Source of the DNA: an uncultured Acidobacteriaceae bacterium
Lineage (GTDB): Bacteria; Acidobacteriota; Terriglobia; Bryobacterales; Bryobacteraceae
DNA: 64,000 bases
NCBI GenBank assembly: GCA_963730775.1
Contig: CAVSTI010000029.1
Span: 583,265-647,264 of the forward strand
Direction: 5' to 3'
Position 1 is the stretch's first letter; the number at the start of each line of letters is the position of its first letter. The position numbers and the translations under genes are program-made. Positions 61,995 to 64,000 of the stretch are shown one piece after another. The notes below the pieces were generated by a model. That model was not told the origin of the DNA. It saw only the letters and a program-made list of their open reading frames with translations, and ran no database searches.

Positions 61995-63417
61995 TTAGAC
62001 TTTTCGCAGCCTCGCGAACGTGCGCTCGCGGCCGATGCAGGCAAACACGGCAAAGGCACTCGGCCCAACGGATTGACCGGTCAGCGCGGCGCGGCTTGCG
62101 TTGATGAGCACACCAGCTTTTACACCGCGTTCCTCCGCGAGTTTGCGCAGATCGCCCTCGACGCTCGCTTCTGAAAACTCGGGATTCGCCTCGAGCCGGT
62201 CTGCTAGCTCATGCAGCAACTCGCGCGCCCCGGGTACGTTGAGTTTCGCCAGGGCCTGCGCTTCAACCGGGAAATCATCGGCGAAATAGGGCGCGGCCTC
62301 GAAGCGGGAAATCGAGCAGACTGGAAAAGCGCGCACGAATGGTATCGACCACCTTTGCGAAAAAACCTTCGTCGCCATACGGCTGCAGGTGGTGCTCTTC
62401 GAGCGTTCTTTTCACAAGCGGCAGCAGTTTCTCAACGGGCAAAGCACGCAGATGTTGAGCGTTCAGCCACAGGGCTTTCGGATCAATCGGGTCTGCTTCG
62501 CTGAAGTTGACAACCGCGTTACTCCGGTTCACGCCTTCAAAACTGAATGCGGCAACTAACTCGTCCAGCGACATCTGCTCCCGATTGTCCTTAGGCGACC
62601 AACCGAGGAGGCACAGAAAGTTGATGTAGGCCAGCGGCAGGAATCCGTTGTCCCGGTATGTCATCACGCTCACGACCGGGCCGTGCTTCCGCTTCGAGAG
62701 TTTCGCGCCATCAGGCGCAATCAGCAACGGCAGATGAGCAAACGTCGGGATAGGTGCCGCCTGCAGCCTGGAACAGCAGTAAGTGCTTGAAGGTGTTCGA
62801 GAGGTGGTCCTGGCCTCGGATGATGTGGAGTGATGTGCAAGTCGATATCATCGGCGCAGGAGGCAAGATGATAAGTCGGCATGCCGTTGCTTCGCAGTAG
62901 CGCGAAATCTTCGATATCGGCCGTCAGCTTCGATTTGCTGTTCCGTAAACATCGTCGTCGAATGCAACTCGTATCCCGGCTCTCTGTTCACTCGAAACCG
63001 GATGACAAAAGGCTCTCCGTTTGCCGCGCGTCGCACGCTCTCCGCTTCCGATCAACGCCCTCATCTCCGGATTGCAAAGCCATTGCCCTTCCGCTTGAGG
63101 CTTCTCTTCTCCGACGCTCGCAGGCGTGAAGTCGCGATACGCGAGTCCCTTCGCCAGCAGGTCGTAGGCGAGCTTGCGATGCAGATCGAGACGCTCGGAT
63201 TGCCGGTAAAATTCATCCCACCGAAATCAAGCCAGTTCAGCCCTTCATAGATGGAGTTCAGGGACGCTTCAGTGTTGCGGTCCACGTCGGTGTCATCGAT
63301 TCGCAACACCATCGTGCCCTGATGTCTCCGTACATAAAGCCAATTGAAAATGAATGTGCGTGCGCTGCCGATGTGCAGATATCCTGTCGGCGAAGGCGCA
63401 AATCGAGCCCGAATCAT
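61995..63417 (-). pseudogene. gltX: Glutamate--tRNA ligase, frame broken at least 4 times (probably sequence error rather than a dead gene)
   Basis: The N-terminus [28 protein letters not shown]...[10 protein letters not shown] carries the HIGH motif (63061-63417). [11 protein letters not shown] is the KMSKS motif (62275-62727). The C-terminal anticodon-binding text lies in 61995-62378. The intervening parts are readable only in other frames. Confidence 0.85.
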
Positions 63418-63428
63418 GAAACTTCAGT

Positions 63429-64000
63429 TTACTGAAGTGCCCTGTTCTTCACGTCGCTCGACAGCCTGCGGTAGAGTGCCGAGAAGTGTTGGAGGTCCAA
63501 TTGTTCGGCTCGCAGATTCGCTTCGGGCAGGGAGTCGATCGCAGCTCCGTAAAAGGGCCGAAGGTTATTCCGCAGATTCTTTCGCTTGTGCGTGAAAGCA
63601 GCGGCCCGACGAATTGCAGGAGAGCGTCCACGATCGGGCGGTATCGCCTGCTTCCGCCGAAGTCGAACAGCGCCGGAGTCTACTTTCGGAGGCGGGGAGA
63701 ACGCGCAAGGAGGGACTTTAGCAGACCAATTCGACATCGCACACCAGCTGGGTGGCTACCGTCAGGTACCCGTAGTCGCGTGAACCCGGCTGCGCTAACA
63801 CGCGTTGGGCCACTTCCCACTGCATAAGGAAAACTGCAGTTTCGAAACCTGTCGTCCAGGTCCAGGAACTTCTCGATAATGGGAGACGTGATGTAGTAGG
63901 GCAGATTACCAGCGATAGCGGCCGGTCCCCATTGCGTCAGATCTGTCTCGAGAACATCAGCATGGTGAACGTGCAGGCGCGCGTCTCCGGCAAAGTGACG
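63429..64000 (-). pseudogene. rsmA: 16S rRNA (adenine1518/1519-N6)-dimethyltransferase, 5' end outside the window, frame broken at least twice (about 63735 and 63830)
   Basis: The reverse strand of 63840-64000 reads ...HHADVLETDLTQWGPAAIAGNLPYYITSPIIEKFL. It is followed in another frame by LMQWEVAQRVLAQPGSRDYGYLTVATQLVCDVELV. ORF 63429-63737 then follows (AKVPPCAFSPPPKVDSGAVRLRRK...). Confidence 0.8.

Noticed and set aside
1-64000. CRISPR arrays, tRNA/rRNA genes, prophage or integron structures
   Set aside because: All intergenic spacers are shorter than about 180 bp. None shows regularly spaced repeats, cloverleaf-compatible sequence or attC-like sites. No integrase, recombinase or phage structural genes are present.

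Overview
High-GC chromosomal segment with about 50 protein-coding genes on both strands. The gene content suggests an Acidobacteriota (Terriglobia / Solibacter-like) genome: a carboxypeptidase-regulatory-domain TonB-dependent receptor, a BlaR1-TonB_C fusion, BNR/Asp-box proteins, and many Tat/Sec-leadered glycosidases and sugar-acid enzymes. This taxonomic call is inference from gene content only. I found no rRNA, tRNA, CRISPR array or intact mobile element. Housekeeping genes include uvrA, mtnA, gltX, rsmA, ppx, a 1-Cys peroxiredoxin and an Slt-type lytic transglycosylase. They are interspersed with carbohydrate and peptide scavenging genes: GH127, a GH130/43-like propeller, a BNR protein, two S10 carboxypeptidase paralogues and two ManD-like dehydratases with two RraA-like proteins. 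Small regulatory modules are also present: TetR with two palindromic operators, and BlaI/BlaR1. The only mobile-DNA trace is a 5' fragment of an IS1595-family transposase gene fused head-on to a truncated prolyl oligopeptidase gene. The most pervasive non-standard signal is a heavy load of single-nucleotide frame breaks, in at least 14 genes. These are dense at 0.3-3.9 kb and 56-64 kb and include gltX and rsmA, which points to consensus indel errors rather than biology, though I cannot prove that from sequence alone. I did not find a convincing defence island or clearly new multi-gene system. The best leads are four consecutive signal-peptide-bearing dehydratase/aldolase-like enzymes next to the TonB receptor, an S10 peptidase paralogue that has lost its catalytic Ser and His, and a Zn-ribbon/DUF2339/DUF3999 operon of unknown function. 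Start codons are approximate throughout, because the ORF track uses the most upstream ATG/GTG/TTG.
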